Shown piece by piece: positions 1-13,153 of a stretch of DNA of 64,000 nt. The translations under genes were made by a program, and so were the position numbers. How positions within the stretch are numbered: the stretch's first letter is position 1; each line of letters begins with the position of its first letter. Source of the DNA: Carcharhinus longimanus (taxonomy: Eukaryota); contig JASCQW010000190.1 of assembly GCA_030264375.1 (NCBI GenBank), positions 29,552,179 to 29,616,178 of the forward strand, read 5' to 3'. The notes beneath the pieces are model-generated. The model worked only from the letters and a program-made list of their open reading frames with translations. It made no database searches and had not been told where the DNA came from.

Positions 1-548
1 GCAACTATACAGGACCTTGGTGAGACCACATTTGGAATATTGTGTGCAGTTCTGGTCACCTCACTATAAGAAGAATGGAAGCATTGAAGAGAATGCAGAG
101 GAGATTTACCAGGCCTGGTTTGGAGGGTAGATCTTATGAAGAAACGTTGAGGGAGCTGAGGCTTTTCTCTTTAGAGCGGAGGAGGATGAGAGGCGACTTA
201 ATAGAGATTTATAAGATGATGATAGATAGAGTGGACATGCAGAGACTAATTCCTCGGATGGATGTAGCTGTTACTAGGGGGCATAACTTTAAGGTTCATG
301 GTGGGAGATATAAGAGGGATGTCCGAAGTAGATTCTTTACTCAAAGAATGGTTGGGGTGTGGAATACATTGCCTGCTGTGATGATGGAGTCGGACACTTT
401 AGGAACTTTCGAGCAGATATTGGAAAGGTATGTGGAGCACACCAGAATGATAGGGAGTGGGATAACTTGATCTTGGGCTCTGACATAGCTTGGCACAACA
501 TTGAGGGCCGAAGGGCCTGTACTATGCTGTACTGTTCTACGTTCTATA
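1..548 (+). mobile_element. CR1-clade LINE 3' end (RT C-terminus + tail), degenerate
   Basis: Reads LYRTLVRPHLEYCVQFWSP then (frameshift) QRRFTR..SYEETLRELRLFSLERRRMRGDLIEIYK..RFFTQRMVGVWN; tail gggccgaagggcctgtactatgctgtactgttctacgttcta. Confidence 0.9.
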
Positions 549-1082
549 TGGCCACACTTCCCCAATCCTCAATGCTGTTACCTTTCATTTCAGAGATGTC
601 CACCCACTCACAGTGAGAATGAGCCCTGCATTCACACTTGGACATTCTGGCCTCATGAATCACCAGGCTGTTATCTCTGCTTCTGTGGTGCCCTTGAACG
701 CATTCAGTCTGGGAACTCCAAGTCCACTGAGGAATAAGAGCAATGTGAGAGAAGAATAGAAGCTTTCTCTGCCATCCAATGATGCAAACAGTGCTGTGAC
801 TGATTTGAGGACACGCCTGGTGATTTCCTGTTCCTGTGTAGATCTTGTGTTCTGCCACCTACCACTGAGGGGACACAGATGCTACTAGAATATCAGTGCT
901 GCTGAATAGCCCTTGAACTGGGGGAAAAGGTCTAGAAATGCTTGCATCATACATTTCAAATAAAGATGTAAACACATCTCTCTGACATCACACAAGGAAG
1001 TGGAAACTAGTTTAATTGAGGTTCACACCATGTAAGTGTTAATCTCCTACTAATATTGGGTAGGAGATGGCTAAGTCTTGAT

Positions 1083-1294
1083 GTAGAGATGCCAGGGTTG
1101 GATTGAGGTGGGCAGGGTAAGAAGTCTCACAACATCAGGCTCAAGTCCAACAGGTTTATTTGGAATCACAAGTTTTTGGAGCACTGCCCCTTCATCAGGT
1201 TCACTCACCTAAAGAAGGAGCAATGCTTCAAAAACTTAATTTCAAGCTTCAAATAAACCTATTGGACTTTAACCTTGTGTTGTGAGATTTCTTA
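1083..1294. mobile_element. Palindromic Penelope-like terminal-repeat insertion with 12-bp target-site duplication
   Basis: Arms 1117-1200 and 1207-1295 are inverted copies (gtaagaagtctcacaaca / tgttgtgagatttcttac). Flanked by CTAAGTCTTGAT (1071-1082) and CTAAATCTTGAT (1295-1306). Family assignment is recalled, not searched. Confidence 0.65.
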
Positions 1295-2800
1295 CTAAAT
1301 CTTGATACAAGAGGTTTAGCTTTGTAAAAATGACAACACCTTCAGTAGTCCAAACATATGTAACCGTTAAATGTATTCACAGAAATGCAGTTTCATTACA
1401 GTGATAACACACCCGTGACATCAACATTTGTGAACTTAGCGCTAATCCTGGGTGCAACCTGGTGACTGCTACCTCCTGAATTTGGCAGACATCCTCTGGT
1501 TCCTGAGCCCTGGAAGGCCTTGGTCTGATCAAGGTCTCCTGCTCGGGTAGAAGCACTCTTGGCACCATGAGCTGGATTGAATGCAGTCACAGGCAAAAGG
1601 GAATGTGAGCAGCTATTTACCCCTCAGAGCATCCTTAGAGGAGGCCCCTGAGGGGTCCAGCTGATGCTCATCCTTGCTGCGGGTGCTGGAGAGCCCCAGC
1701 CTGACTTGGCAGCTGGAGGGAGGTCAAGGTACCTGGTCCCCATGTTGCCTAAATCCTGATGGTGGCCACCAGAGTGTGTGGCCATGGCGTGCATGACTAA
1801 GTGCAAATCTGACCTGCTGGACCAAGGTCTCCATGATTGATGGTCGCCAATCTTCCTATGGTGGACTTGAGGCCCTCACTTGTCAGACCCACAATGTCAG
1901 ACAGAATGAAGGCAGACTCCTACATTGTTTGCTTGAATTTGCTGAGTACCTGTTGAATCTATGCTTAATTTTCCATGTCGCTTGTCACTGCATCCCCAGT
2001 ATTGAATGGGCAGCCTCTTCCAGAGGCCCATCATCTAACTGGGACTGAGCGGCTAGCTGGCCTCCAGCAGCCCTTCGAATGCCAAAGACCTGGGCTGTCC
2101 CTGCTTCTGACTGTTGCGGGGACGTGTAAATGAGGTGCGCTCCAGAAAGTGAGCCTGAGCCGAATCAAGAGCTGTGCCCAACAGAGGTGCATCTCTGCAC
2201 TGGTGGAGGGCACGGGTGAGGGCTGAGATGGTTCTTCCAGCATTTTGTCTTCAATCATAGCATGGGTGCTCGGAATGGTGCTGCTTCCTGGGTCTCGATC
2301 TGCAGGTGCCTGGAAAATAGAGCATAGTTTCAGTTGCTGAGAATGAGCTATACAAGGCTGCATGTGACTCACCATGATTGTCAGCATTTGATGATATGAT
2401 GGTGCTGCCGATCCCTCCTTTCCCACAAGAGTGGTCCCTGTCCTCCCCAGCCAGCTCGCTTGCAGTTTCCTTTAAATCCATGAGGGCAATAATTTCAGCT
2501 GTCCGTCCCCTGCTCCATGACATTCCATGCCTGTTGCTTGCCAATGTGACCTGTGTGAAGATGGGCTTGTGATAAGGAGGTTGGGTAAGATGTTCATGTC
2601 CCCTGTGTGTGATGAACCCTTCCCAGAAGGGCCAGAGGATAGGGTATGAGCAACAAGACAGATGGGATGGACATGTTGTGCAAGTCTCCATGAGGGAATG
2701 AGTGTTGAAAGCTGTTAGCCGTTAATTGATGTATGAGACCCGTGATGGGAGTAGCTTTCTGAGTACACGGTGATATTGAAAGGAGCTGCGAGATGAGGGG

Positions 2801-3138
2801 CATAGAGCCGTGGAAAGAGGCTGTCCTGCCCATCGAGTCTGCACCAACTGTCCAAAAGAGCAACTCACCCAGGTCATCCACCCTGGCCCTATCACCATAA
2901 TCCTGCACATTTCCTATGGCTAATCCACCTAACCTGCACACCATGGGACACCCCAAGGGGCAATTTAACATGGCCAATCCACCTAACCTGAACATGTTTG
3001 GACGGTGGGAGGAAACCAGACCACCTGGAGCAAACCCACACAGCCGCGGGGAGAATTGTGCAAACTCCACAGAATCACCCAAGGCTGGAATCGAAGTTGG
3101 TCCCTGGCACTGAGACATCAGTGCTAACTACTGTGCCG
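2801..3138 (-). mobile_element. HE1-like V-SINE (tRNA-derived)
   Basis: Reverse complement of ggcacagtagttagcactg..gggacc head, gggtttgctccaggtggtctggtttcctcccac core and CR1-type tail; internal duplication of the ggccaatccacctaacctg block. Confidence 0.85.
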
Positions 3139-3139
3139 C

Positions 3140-3393
3140 AGATGAGATCATTATTGTCTTCCTGCAAAGGCTGCAATTTCGGACATAGTTGTTAGCTGCT
3201 CTGACCTTCTCTGCTGTGGCCTCCCAGGCTGGACACGTGAGGTTAGTGTGCTTCCTAGAGATTCAACCCTGAGATACAGGACATGCCTGTGCGCCCACAA
3301 TCCTCTGAGCAAGGCCTCAAGGGTTGAATGGGCGAAGCGAGGTATTGCCGGCTTTTTCAGGCTGCACGCCTTGTTTTTTCGGTTGCCAGACAC
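3140..3393 (-). pseudogene. Frameshifted Myb/SANT-like (trihelix, NAIF1/MSANTD-type) DNA-binding domain
   Basis: PRFAHSTLEALLRGLWAHRHVLY, frameshift, AWEATAEKVRAANNYVRNCSLCRK, frameshift, NDLI. This fits the F..E...L / W..IA..V / R...QC.KKW.DL pattern. Confidence 0.65.
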
Positions 3394-3911
3394 CTATGGC
3401 AGTTCCTGAAGACAGATGGGCTGAGGACAGAGAGATGTATGTGTTAGACTGGTGTTTAAAATATGATGGACAGACGCTTGAACCCAGCATCTGATGCCAG
3501 GCTTACAAATCAGCTCCCGACCACCAGATGATTAGGCCTGATACCTATAGATAATTAATGAGCTTCCAAGCGCAGAGTTCCTGCCATTCTGCCCGGTAAG
3601 GTAGGCGTTACAAAAACCACCTGCCACTGTTACTTAGTTTCATCCATGGAAAATCCCGCCCAGGAAGTGCTGGAAATACTCAGTGTGTCAGACTGCACCC
3701 GTGGAGAGAGTAAGAGTTAAGATTCTGAGTTGAATATGACTCTCTAAGGATGGAATTGGTTTTCTGAATTTTTGGCCACATTCCTGAATGTCATAGTTCA
3801 CTTTTCCTTTTTAAGTACTGCAGGTTTTAATGAATGTTCCAGTCAATATTACATGGATAACTTGTGAATGAAGCTGAGTACTAGGATAACCTTTGCCAAA
3901 TATATATATGT

Positions 3912-4136
3912 GTCTGAGGTCACATACCAGCCGACTCAAAAACAGCTTCTTTCTTGCTGCCATCAGACATTTGAATGGACTCACCTTGCACTAAGTTGAT
4001 CTTTCTCTACACCCTAGCTATGACTAATACTACATTCTGAACTCTTTGCTTTCTTTCTCTATGAGCGGTATGCTTTGCATAGTGCACAAGAAACAGTACT
4101 TTTCACTGTATACTAATACATGTGATAATAAATCAA
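3912..4136 (+). mobile_element. Rex1/Babar-like LINE 3' end
   Basis: Reads LRSHTSRLKNSFFLAAIRHLN, followed by a tail ending aataaatcaaa; reverse complement of the 33237 and 62611 copies. Confidence 0.75.
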
Positions 4137-4689
4137 AAAGGAACAAAATCTCTGCTTTCAATCCATGGTGGTGCTATTTGTGAGATTCTCAGCTCATTCA
4201 CAGCAGACTTTTATTGTGCAGTTTTGTATGTCTTGGTCAATTGGATCGCTTGTGGCTATTGATCTAATAGGCCAAATGCATGATTGTCTTTGCCAGTGAT
4301 GGTCTTTACTGATTGAGTAAAATGCATACTGAATTGGGGAATTGAGTCCCTTTTCACACAGAATGTCCTCTCTTTATCACCAATACTCCATTTTTGTAAG
4401 CTGTGCTTGGTATTTTCAGCAAATCTCCTTTTAACACCATGAGCCTTGAATTGCATTTTGGGCTTGAAGATGTGCTTCTTGGTTGAAGCACAGAAGAAGT
4501 AGTTTGACAGGGAGGATATTTCTGTGGACAGCGAAGCTTAGCTGCGAACGATTACTAGCGTAACACATTTCCTGCATGTCAAAGAAACTGACTCCACATC
4601 AATCCTGCAACTTTGCGATTGTGGAATGGAATCCGAGAGAAGCAGAATGAGTTAGTGAACAGCAAGAAATTGAAGTTGTACTGCTGTTG

Positions 4690-5225
4690 CATAGAACTTC
4701 AGTTAGACTGCACCTTGGAGTACAGCATTCAGCTCTGGGCACTGCATCTTGTAAAGAATGGATTGGTGTTGGAGGGTGTGCAGGGCAGTCACCAGTTGGA
4801 TACTTAAAGGTTGAATTACAAGGACAGGATCCATAGATTAGGCTTGTATTTCCTTGAATGTAGAAGATTTTAAGAGTTGACGTGACTGAGGTGTTGAAGG
4901 TGTGATGAGGTGAATGGAAAGAAGTTGCTTATTCTGGCAGGGCGTCCAAAAGTATGGGGCACATCAATAAAATGAAAACTAGGCCATTCGGGTAAAATTG
5001 GAAAGATTTCTTAATGCAACAGATTGAAAATCTGGAACATCCTCCTGCAGAAAACTGCTGAGGCTGGGTTAATTGAACATCTCAAAAGTAGGATTGACAT
5101 GTTTTTGTTAGGGAAGCGTGGTGAGGGGGAAGGAACCCACACGAGTAACTTAAGATTTAGATCAGACATGAGCTAATTGAATGGTGGAGCAGGCTTGAGG
5201 GGGTGAATGGCCAATTCCTTATTTC
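4690..5225 (+). mobile_element. Old CR1-clade LINE 3' end
   Basis: ttagactgcaccttggagtacagcattcagctctgggcac (RLHLEYSIQLWA); tail gaatggtggagcaggcttgagggggtgaatggcc. Confidence 0.7.
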
Positions 5226-5389
5226 CTCGAAGCTTCTTTAAGGCGCAAAAGAAACTGAATTTGAAACCAAGTACTTCAAAGTTATGAGTAGTGTTTTTTT
5301 GCAAAAATGTAGCTTCAGTTGCTGCGTGCAGCAACCCATGTTGTAACACACAGTCGTATTCAAACTCCTTGAAGGCCCGATCTTAAGAT

Positions 5390-5683
5390 TTATGTTTATT
5401 CGTGTCAGAAGCAGGTTTACATACACACGGCAATGAAGTTACTGTGAAAACCCCCTAGTTATTGCACTCCTGCGCCTGTTCGGGTACACCAAGGGAGAAT
5501 TTACCGTGGCCAGTGCACCTAACCAGCATACCTTTCAGTCTGAGGGATGAAACAGAAGCACCCAGAGGAAATCCATGCAGACACGGTGAAAATGTGCAAC
5601 TCCGCTCAGACAGTGATCCAAGACGGGAATCAATCCCAGGTCCCTCGTACTGTGAGGCAGAATTGCTAACCACTGTGCCGCCC
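5390..5683 (-). mobile_element. HE1-like V-SINE, alternative-tail subfamily
   Basis: Same head and core; tail gcaatgaagttactgtgaaaaccccctag on the + strand. Confidence 0.85.
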
Positions 5684-6691
5684 TTAATAAGCCACACTGA
5701 TCCTAATAAGCTGCACTGATCTTAATACTAGTTCTTAATTAGCTACACTGTTTTCAGTAGGTTTAGAAGGATTTTCACAATACATTGTTTCCTGAAAGTT
5801 ATATAGTTTTATACACTTTTAAAAGAGTAGGATGTCAAATTAAATCGAAGTGATAATGGGATGCTGTTCTTTTGTTCTCGACTAAACTTCTGAAAATGGA
5901 TGTGACTGATTAAGAGCGTGGGCTCCAAACCAGCGAGTACAGTCCCCTTTACACTCTGTGTGTGTCAAAAGCAGTGGAAGATCCAACAGCAAGCTGTGGC
6001 ATGCAGTGTCTGATAGAGAGAACCAGGCTGCCAGTGAGCAAGAGCAGTTATCCTCTGTACCCAATTCACAGATGAAAACAAAGCTAGCAGAGTACCCACA
6101 GCAATGGCTTTTGAAGATTTTATTCACATCTTTTGCGTTGTAAGCTTTCTATGAATTTTAAGAACTGTAACATTAGTTGTAAACGAAGCCTTTTTTGTTT
6201 TGATGTCTTTTTGGAGTTGAGCTGGATCTTGATGATGGGATATTGGCACTGAGTCAGTTCCTTGTGTCAGCCACAGTAACATGATACCTGAGCTGGCCGG
6301 GTCCACTGTACTCTAGGTTGCCAATGCTGTTTGACCAGTCGGTTCAGTTCACCAATAGGACTTGAGACTTTAGGACTAAAGCAATTCCTGAGGAATAAAT
6401 TTCTTCTCTTGAGTGGCTTAAAATCTCGCAAATCTAACCCTAATAAGGACAGGGACCCTTACTGGACAAGTGGTGGACTGTGCTGCTAATCTATGATTGG
6501 TTAAAACCTTGTTGTATCCATACATACACTTGGGTTTCCCAAACCTTTGCCATTCTAACTCTCTTAGAACTTACAGCCCCAACAGAGAGAATGTACACTC
6601 CATCTTAGGCAAATAAAAACTTCTCTGTATGTGATCCTTTCAGTTATTTGCCTTGGATGCCCACCCTTAGAGTTTAAAAGTATTTTTTAAA

Positions 6692-6992
6692 ATTTATTTA
6701 TTAGTGTCACAAGTAGGCTTACATTAACTCTGCAATGAAGTTACCATGAAAATCCCCTAGTTGCCATACTCCAACACCAGTTTGGGTACACTGAGAGAGA
6801 ATTTAACATGGCCAGTGCACCTAACCAGCACTTTCAGACTGTGAGAGGAAACCAGAGCACCCAGAGGAAACCCACGCAAACATGGGGAGAACGTGCAGAC
6901 TCCACACACGACAGTGACCTATGCTGGGAATGGAACCTGGGTCCCTGGCACTGTGAGACAGCAGTGATAAGCACTGTGTCACTGTGCTGCCC
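6692..6992 (-). mobile_element. HE1-like V-SINE, alternative-tail subfamily
   Basis: tttattagtgtcacaagtaggcttac..gaaaccagagcacccagaggaaacccacgca..gggtccctggcactgtgagacagcagtg. Confidence 0.87.
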
Positions 6993-9555
6993 TGGGTTGA
7001 GATGGGTTTCCTCAAATTTCAAACTAAGGCTGACCCTCAGAAAAATTAGTAAGTAGTTCTTCTGGTAATTCATGTGATCAAGGTACCCTACATCTCAAAG
7101 ATATGTTAACCTTTTGACAAGAAATCATGTGCGCGCGTATGTTTATGCACCATTGTAATTAGATTTTCAGCACTAGTTCTGTTACTGTGATTGAAAGATA
7201 TTGGTGTCAGAAGTTTGATGTTGTTGTACTTTGTAAACACAGATTTTCCCGTTAAATGGTAGAGTCTTCTGAAAATGATCAAGTATCATGCACAAACAAA
7301 ATGCAATCTTTAGGAAATCACCTATTGTACGCTGACTAATACTTCCCAGCAATAAAGTGGAGATTATTTTTGATAAACTTGCCATGATTTCTTCACAAGC
7401 ATTAATTTTTCACTGTGGCTTTTAACCCTTTAGAGTGCATTTGCTGTTTAATGTCCATCAGGAAATTGGGTGTAAAATTGTGTAAAATCCCCTTAAGTAA
7501 ATATATCAGAAATATACTTTTATGTTATGAAATGATATTAAAGTAGCAATCTCAGGTGATGGTAACGGGATTTCAGATGATGATTATATATTGCTCTTGC
7601 AGTTTGACATTTGGACCTGCCTATAATGACTCCATGTATTCATTTCTTCATGTATCTGCTTGGAAAATACATGAATTTTAAGGGTTGACTCAACTAGTCA
7701 AACCTGAAGTAATATTTAAATGCATGCAACTAGTATTTAGATTTCTCTTTCAAAAAATAGATTATTGTGTATCAGAATTAGATTAGATTTTTAAGAATAT
7801 GAACAGTTCTTTAAATTCTCCAGTCAACATATTAATGATTTGGTAGCAATGTACGTTTCCTGTTTGTTGCATTTGATCTCCATTGTTAGATAGACACTAA
7901 CTTGCATTATCTTTAAAATGAGAAACATTCGTTATATTCAGTGAAATTCTAAAACCAATAAATGAACCTGGAAACTATGCATTTCCTATCGTACAACAGT
8001 GTATTTGTCTGTAAAGTGCTTTTGGAAATCCTGAGATGATGAAAAGTACAACATAATTGCAAGTTTATTTTTCTTAAAAAAAATTGAGGGGAAATCAAGT
8101 CCATGACTTTGCTGTAAAGAGGTAAACAAAAGGAATGCAGAGTGGAGCCTGGTGGGTACATTGCAAAGCATGTTAAGAGATGAATAAACTCATCACTTCA
8201 GGGCGATCATTAATGAGTTTTGAGTGTTAACGGAACCTTTCAGATCCAGTTCAGTTAGGAAAGGGATTTAAATCATGTAGACAGTGTTTTGCAAAGACAA
8301 CACAATGCTTATGATCCTATTCACATTTGGGACCCAAGATGCCTAATGTGTTTATACCTACCTATATTTCATTACTCAGGTACAGTTGGGACCCAGGCAA
8401 TATAAGAACACAAAATGTCTGCTTAGGTTCCATGATATTGGGGTTAACCCAGCTGTAAGCTCTGCGACTAGAAGTGGAGTCAGTCTGTGCCCCTAAAGGA
8501 AATTGTAATTTCAATTCAATTTAATTGATAAAAAAAATTGGAGAATGAATCCTTTTACTCCAGGTGACATCCTCCATCTTCTATGCACATCACACTAATA
8601 GCAGCAACTGTAAACAAGTCATCCATGGAAATAATGTAAGTGTTGAAATTGCTTCATTACTTGTATGTAATGTGCATAAATGACAATTGAAATTCTGAAC
8701 ACCACTGTACTGTGTATGTGCGTGTGCATACATTTTTTTGCAGATGGGTGCTGTGCACAGTTTTGTGCTCCAGATATGTATGTGCAGCTACAGCTAGGAA
8801 TTTGACTCATTGGTCCTTCTCATTTTACAATCATGTCAACTCCTCATTGGATTGGATGAGCAATGGAAAATTTAACCTAGCCTATTGCATGTTAGTTGTG
8901 GTGAACTGAGGCTCTTTGTAGTCTAACATTTAGGACTCTTGAAGTCCAAAAGCTTTTTGGTTGAATATAAGGGCCTGTTAAAAGCTACTACATTTCTCAA
9001 AGTGTCTTTGGAGAAATCCATAGCAAATGCAAAACGCTATTCACCAAAAAAGCCTAGAGCGATAATCAAAGGAACGTAGAAGCTGGAGTGGTTGCAGTAG
9101 CTCAGAAATCCAGCCCCTTTAACCTGCTTTGTCATTCAATCAGATTGTGGCTAATCTGTAGCTCAGTTCCATTTGATCCATATACAGGGATGCTTTGATT
9201 ATCTTACCTAACACACAACTCTGAAGTTAGTCTTCAATTTCAATTGACCCAGTATCCAAAGCTTTTTGGCAAAGGCAGTACGAAATTTCCACTATTATTA
9301 TGTGGGAAAAAGTACTTCCTGAATTCACTAGATTGAATTTTAAGATTCCACCACCTTTCTTTATTTTAGGAATCTCCCAATAAAAGAAGTACTTTCCTCG
9401 GAAAAAGTAGTTCAAAACTAATTTGAAGAAGATGGATGAGGTCGCTGAAATCTGTCCCCATTTCCTAGATGATCTAGTGTGTGAAGATTCTAATTTCAGT
9501 TCCTTGCCTGCTCTGGGTTACATGATTTTGGTTAAGGTAATTGGGCTACTTAGCT

Positions 9556-9887
9556 TTTTTTATCATTCATTCATGGGACACGGGTGTTGCTGGCTGGCCA
9601 GCATTTATTGCCCATCCCTAATTGCCCTTGGCAGGCAGATGAGAGTCAACCACATTGCTGTGGCTCTGGAGGCACATGTAGACCAGATGAGGTAAAGATG
9701 GCAGACTTCTTTCCGTGAAGGACATTAGTGAACCAGATGGGATTTTCCGATAATCAACAATGGTAGATTATTAATTCTAGATTTTTTTTATTGAACTCAA
9801 ATTCCACCAGCTGCCATGCCGGGTCCCCAGAACATTAGCTGAGTTTCTGGATTAATAGTCTAGCGACAATATCACTAGGCCATCGCT
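9556..9887 (-). mobile_element. Second tRNA-derived SINE family (family B)
   Basis: gcatttattgcccatccctaattgcccttg..gagtcaaccacattgctgtggctctgga..cactaggccatcgc; shared with 35155, 36817 and 42945. Confidence 0.82.
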
Positions 9888-11154
9888 TCCCTCACAACTG
9901 CCCTAAGTACCTCTTGGCTAGGAACGGAAGATCCAGTCAGGTTGTGCATTCCTTTTCAGTGATCTTACTGGGATTACAATTGTTTAGATGTGTGGTGGAA
10001 ACAACATCAGACCTGGGCTATTTGACCAAAGGGGGCAGTCTAGCTATCAGCACTCTCTGGCTAAACTAGCAAATCTAAATGTTTGGTTGAGGAGAGCTGT
10101 CATCCAGAGTGGACCATATGTCAGCAAAGTTGGTGCTTTTGGAAGATGGAGAGGGAAAATTGGGTGAAGGATTGAAGAGAGAAAACACAATGTCTATTTT
10201 CATCATAACCACAAACATTAGCTTTGGTGAAAAGTTTAATAAAGACAAGTGAAAGTGATAAAATAGTTTAACAATTGTGATTTTAAATAAAGGAATTGCT
10301 TGTAAACAGTGTGATATTAAAACTATCTCAATGCTGTGTATTTTTTACTGTAATTTGTTGACCATAAAGCAGTCACCACAGCCCCCAAAACTTATTTTTT
10401 TTTGTAAATCACAGATATTTTTGGAGTGGAGTTCAGGTGTATTATTACTGCCATTATATTGTTGGAAATTAGCAACATGATTTTCGTCCATTCAAAACAG
10501 TAGGAATGCAATACCACATGGAACTATCGTGCGCAACAATATATCACCTCCACCAGCTTACTCTGCCATTGTCAGTGGTGAGAAAGCTGTTAGGAACTTA
10601 CAGTATGTACCACGCACATTTGGTGCTCTGCTCAGGCTCCATTGTTTGAATTGGGCCATGTGCCACAGTGTATCCAAAGACAAAAAAAAGGCAAATGTTT
10701 CATTGTTGCAAGTTTTGGAGAACAAAAGCATGGGACAATAATCTGATCCCTGCAGAATCTTGTTTGGAATAAAGGACAGATTTTTAAATGAAGAGAATTT
10801 GCAGAGCTGCTCAACATTGTCTTGTTACAGATATTCTCAGCTGCTTTCTTGCGAGCAATAGCGGGCTGTTCTGATTAAATGAGCTCTGGAACAACGGTGA
10901 CATCTCAGACCATTTGAAGCCAGAAATGCAATATGTTACTGTATTGACAATGGGCTGATATTCTACCTACTACATAGGCTTGTGGTCACAAGCCAGGTTC
11001 ACATGCTGGGAAAAGTTTACATTTTTGCACCTAAATATTTGCATCTGCTTATTCTTCCATGGAGCTTGCTGTTCATTGCCTAAGAAGTCCTATTAGTCAT
11101 GAATTCTCTTTTGAAGGATAAATCAGTAGTTTTTGCCTATTGATTTAAGAATGT

Positions 11155-11320
11155 AATAGAAGAAGGAATGGAGACCACGTGGCCATCAAGCTAGTTCTGC
11201 CATTCAGTGTGCTCATGGTCGATCTTGGGCTTCAACTCCATTTTCCCGCCCGTTCCCCATATCCCTTAATTTCCTGAGAGACCAAAAATCTGTCAATCCC
11301 AGCCTTAAATGTATTCATTT
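11155..11320 (-). mobile_element. CR1 3' tail fragment
   Basis: ctgccattcagtgtgctcatggtcgatc..ccccatatcccttaat..tcccagccttaaatgtattca. Confidence 0.65.
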
Positions 11321-12632
11321 CAAAAGAGTCTCTCACTAATTTAAGAGCAAGTCAAGAACTCACTTGAGCAAATGACTTAACAGGGCATGTTTAACCCAGC
11401 CACTAGGGAGGGCAGGAGACACAAAGTACTACAACATTTGAAAATAAATCTCAATGTGTCCTTTCAATTTTTAAAATGGTTGGAATTTTTCCTACTATTT
11501 TTTTTAAAGGCTAATAGGCGTTGATTAAATTGAAGGATGTCAGCAGTGGGGTTGAAATAATGTCTTTCTTTGATATTCAGAATTAGCACTGAACACTTAC
11601 AAGTAATATGCAGTACAGTAGAGTTAGAACTCCCTCTGATACCCCTCAAACACTTTCTTAACTTCCAGCCATAGAAGACATAGCTTCATTGTACCAGTGC
11701 AAATCTTCCACACACAATATCCTTATGGTTGTACGATGCGCATTAGGAGTTGGATTTAGGATTTCCAATCATGAGCCATATATCAAGACTACTCAATCCC
11801 AGCCCAAAAGCCCAAGATCACTGTAGTCAATCATTGCTCCACCCATATTTTATAAACATAGTGATGTTATGCCATACATGAGAGAGAGGGGGGACACATC
11901 CCAGAACCTGGGAATAACTTTGGTATTTTTAGCTGTGGTGGGTCTCAGAGGATAGTGCTCTCCCAATTCTGTGTGATCCTCACTTGTGCCAGCATTGAAT
12001 GCAGTTTGAAGATTTCAAACTACTAGTTTTGAAGCAAACCTCCAGTTATGTTGATGTGTACTAATACTGTGGTGAATATGGTGTTATCTCCATTACATAC
12101 AAGGGAAACTGAGTCATTATACTTTACCTTAAATATAAGGTAGTGTTTTCCTTGATAAATCACAAATAAATAAGGTGAGATCCTTAAGCAGTACCCCAGA
12201 GGATAAACCAAAGAAAGAGCAAAGTACAGTATAAACACATTTTAGAATTGTGATAATGTTCAGCTATCCCTGAGGTGAGATTGGTAAAATGTACAACCTC
12301 AAGTTTAAAACAGCTGTCAAATTATACCTGTGTAAGTGGATAAGTTATTTTATACCGAATCATTTAAAATCAGGTGGAAGCTCAACTGAATGTCTTTGGA
12401 AGTTTACGACACCAGGTAGAACAGATGTGCATGCGTTGGATGCTGATTCAATAACTAAGGTGTACAAATAAGAAGATACACATCAGCAAAATCAGTATCA
12501 CAGAGGTGAAACTGAACACAACAATGTTAGCTTTGAATTTGATGAGCTTTGCTTGTTTGCCTCTGTTACACACCTGTAGTTTAAAAACAGCCGGGTCTGA
12601 ATTCAACATTACACCAACTGTATGGTCATAAA

Positions 12633-12748
12633 GGCCAGAATTCTTCTATCCTGCCCACCTATAATGGGCAGGGGGCAGACCATGCAAAGGTCCACTGGTC
12701 TCTGGCGGGTTCTCCAGTTTTGAGGTGAGCGTGGCCGGAGAATCCCGT
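12633..12748. mobile_element. MITE related to 21665-21793
   Basis: gggggcagaccatgcaaaggt is the reverse complement of acctttgcatggtctgccccc; ends ggccagaattc / ggagaatcccg. Confidence 0.65.
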
Positions 12749-13153
12749 AAGAAGCATCTGCAACAAGAACCCAGTTCAGCAGGTTGGACCTAATCGTGCT
12801 GACAGTAAATTGATGTGGACCTGTTTTGTAGACAATCCTGGTATTCACCTGGATTCGGTTCCTGGGTCAATGCTGGTGAATTTATTTACTGTTCAGTCAT
12901 TGGACTCAGGTATTTTGGATGATCTCAGCCAGGTTAGCAGCGAGTCCTGGGCTAAGGGGAAGGAAAATGAACTGGATTTTGACTTCTCATCACTGCTGAA
13001 GAAGCCCTTGCTAGATTTATGCAGTTACAAGGTGAAAACAAGATTGAAATTACTGTGTCTTCTGTAATGATGCTACTAATAAAGAATGGCAGCATTGTTA
13101 ATGCATCAGCAGACTTCCTGCACCCCAACAAGAATCCATACAGAATCCTTTTT

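Larger units (their letters stand above)
1380..3661 (-). mobile_element. Decayed PIF/Harbinger-like DNA element carrying a Myb/SANT-like gene remnant; left boundary uncertain
   Basis: GC-richer block ending in the TIR-like GGAAAATCCCGCCC (3648-3661), with a Myb/SANT remnant at 3140-3393; interrupted by a SINE at 2801-3138. Confidence 0.55.

Noticed and set aside
2594-3118. 174-aa ORF and similar VAQWLALLP / CVEFAQFSP ORFs elsewhere
   Set aside because: Translations of HE1 SINE copies.
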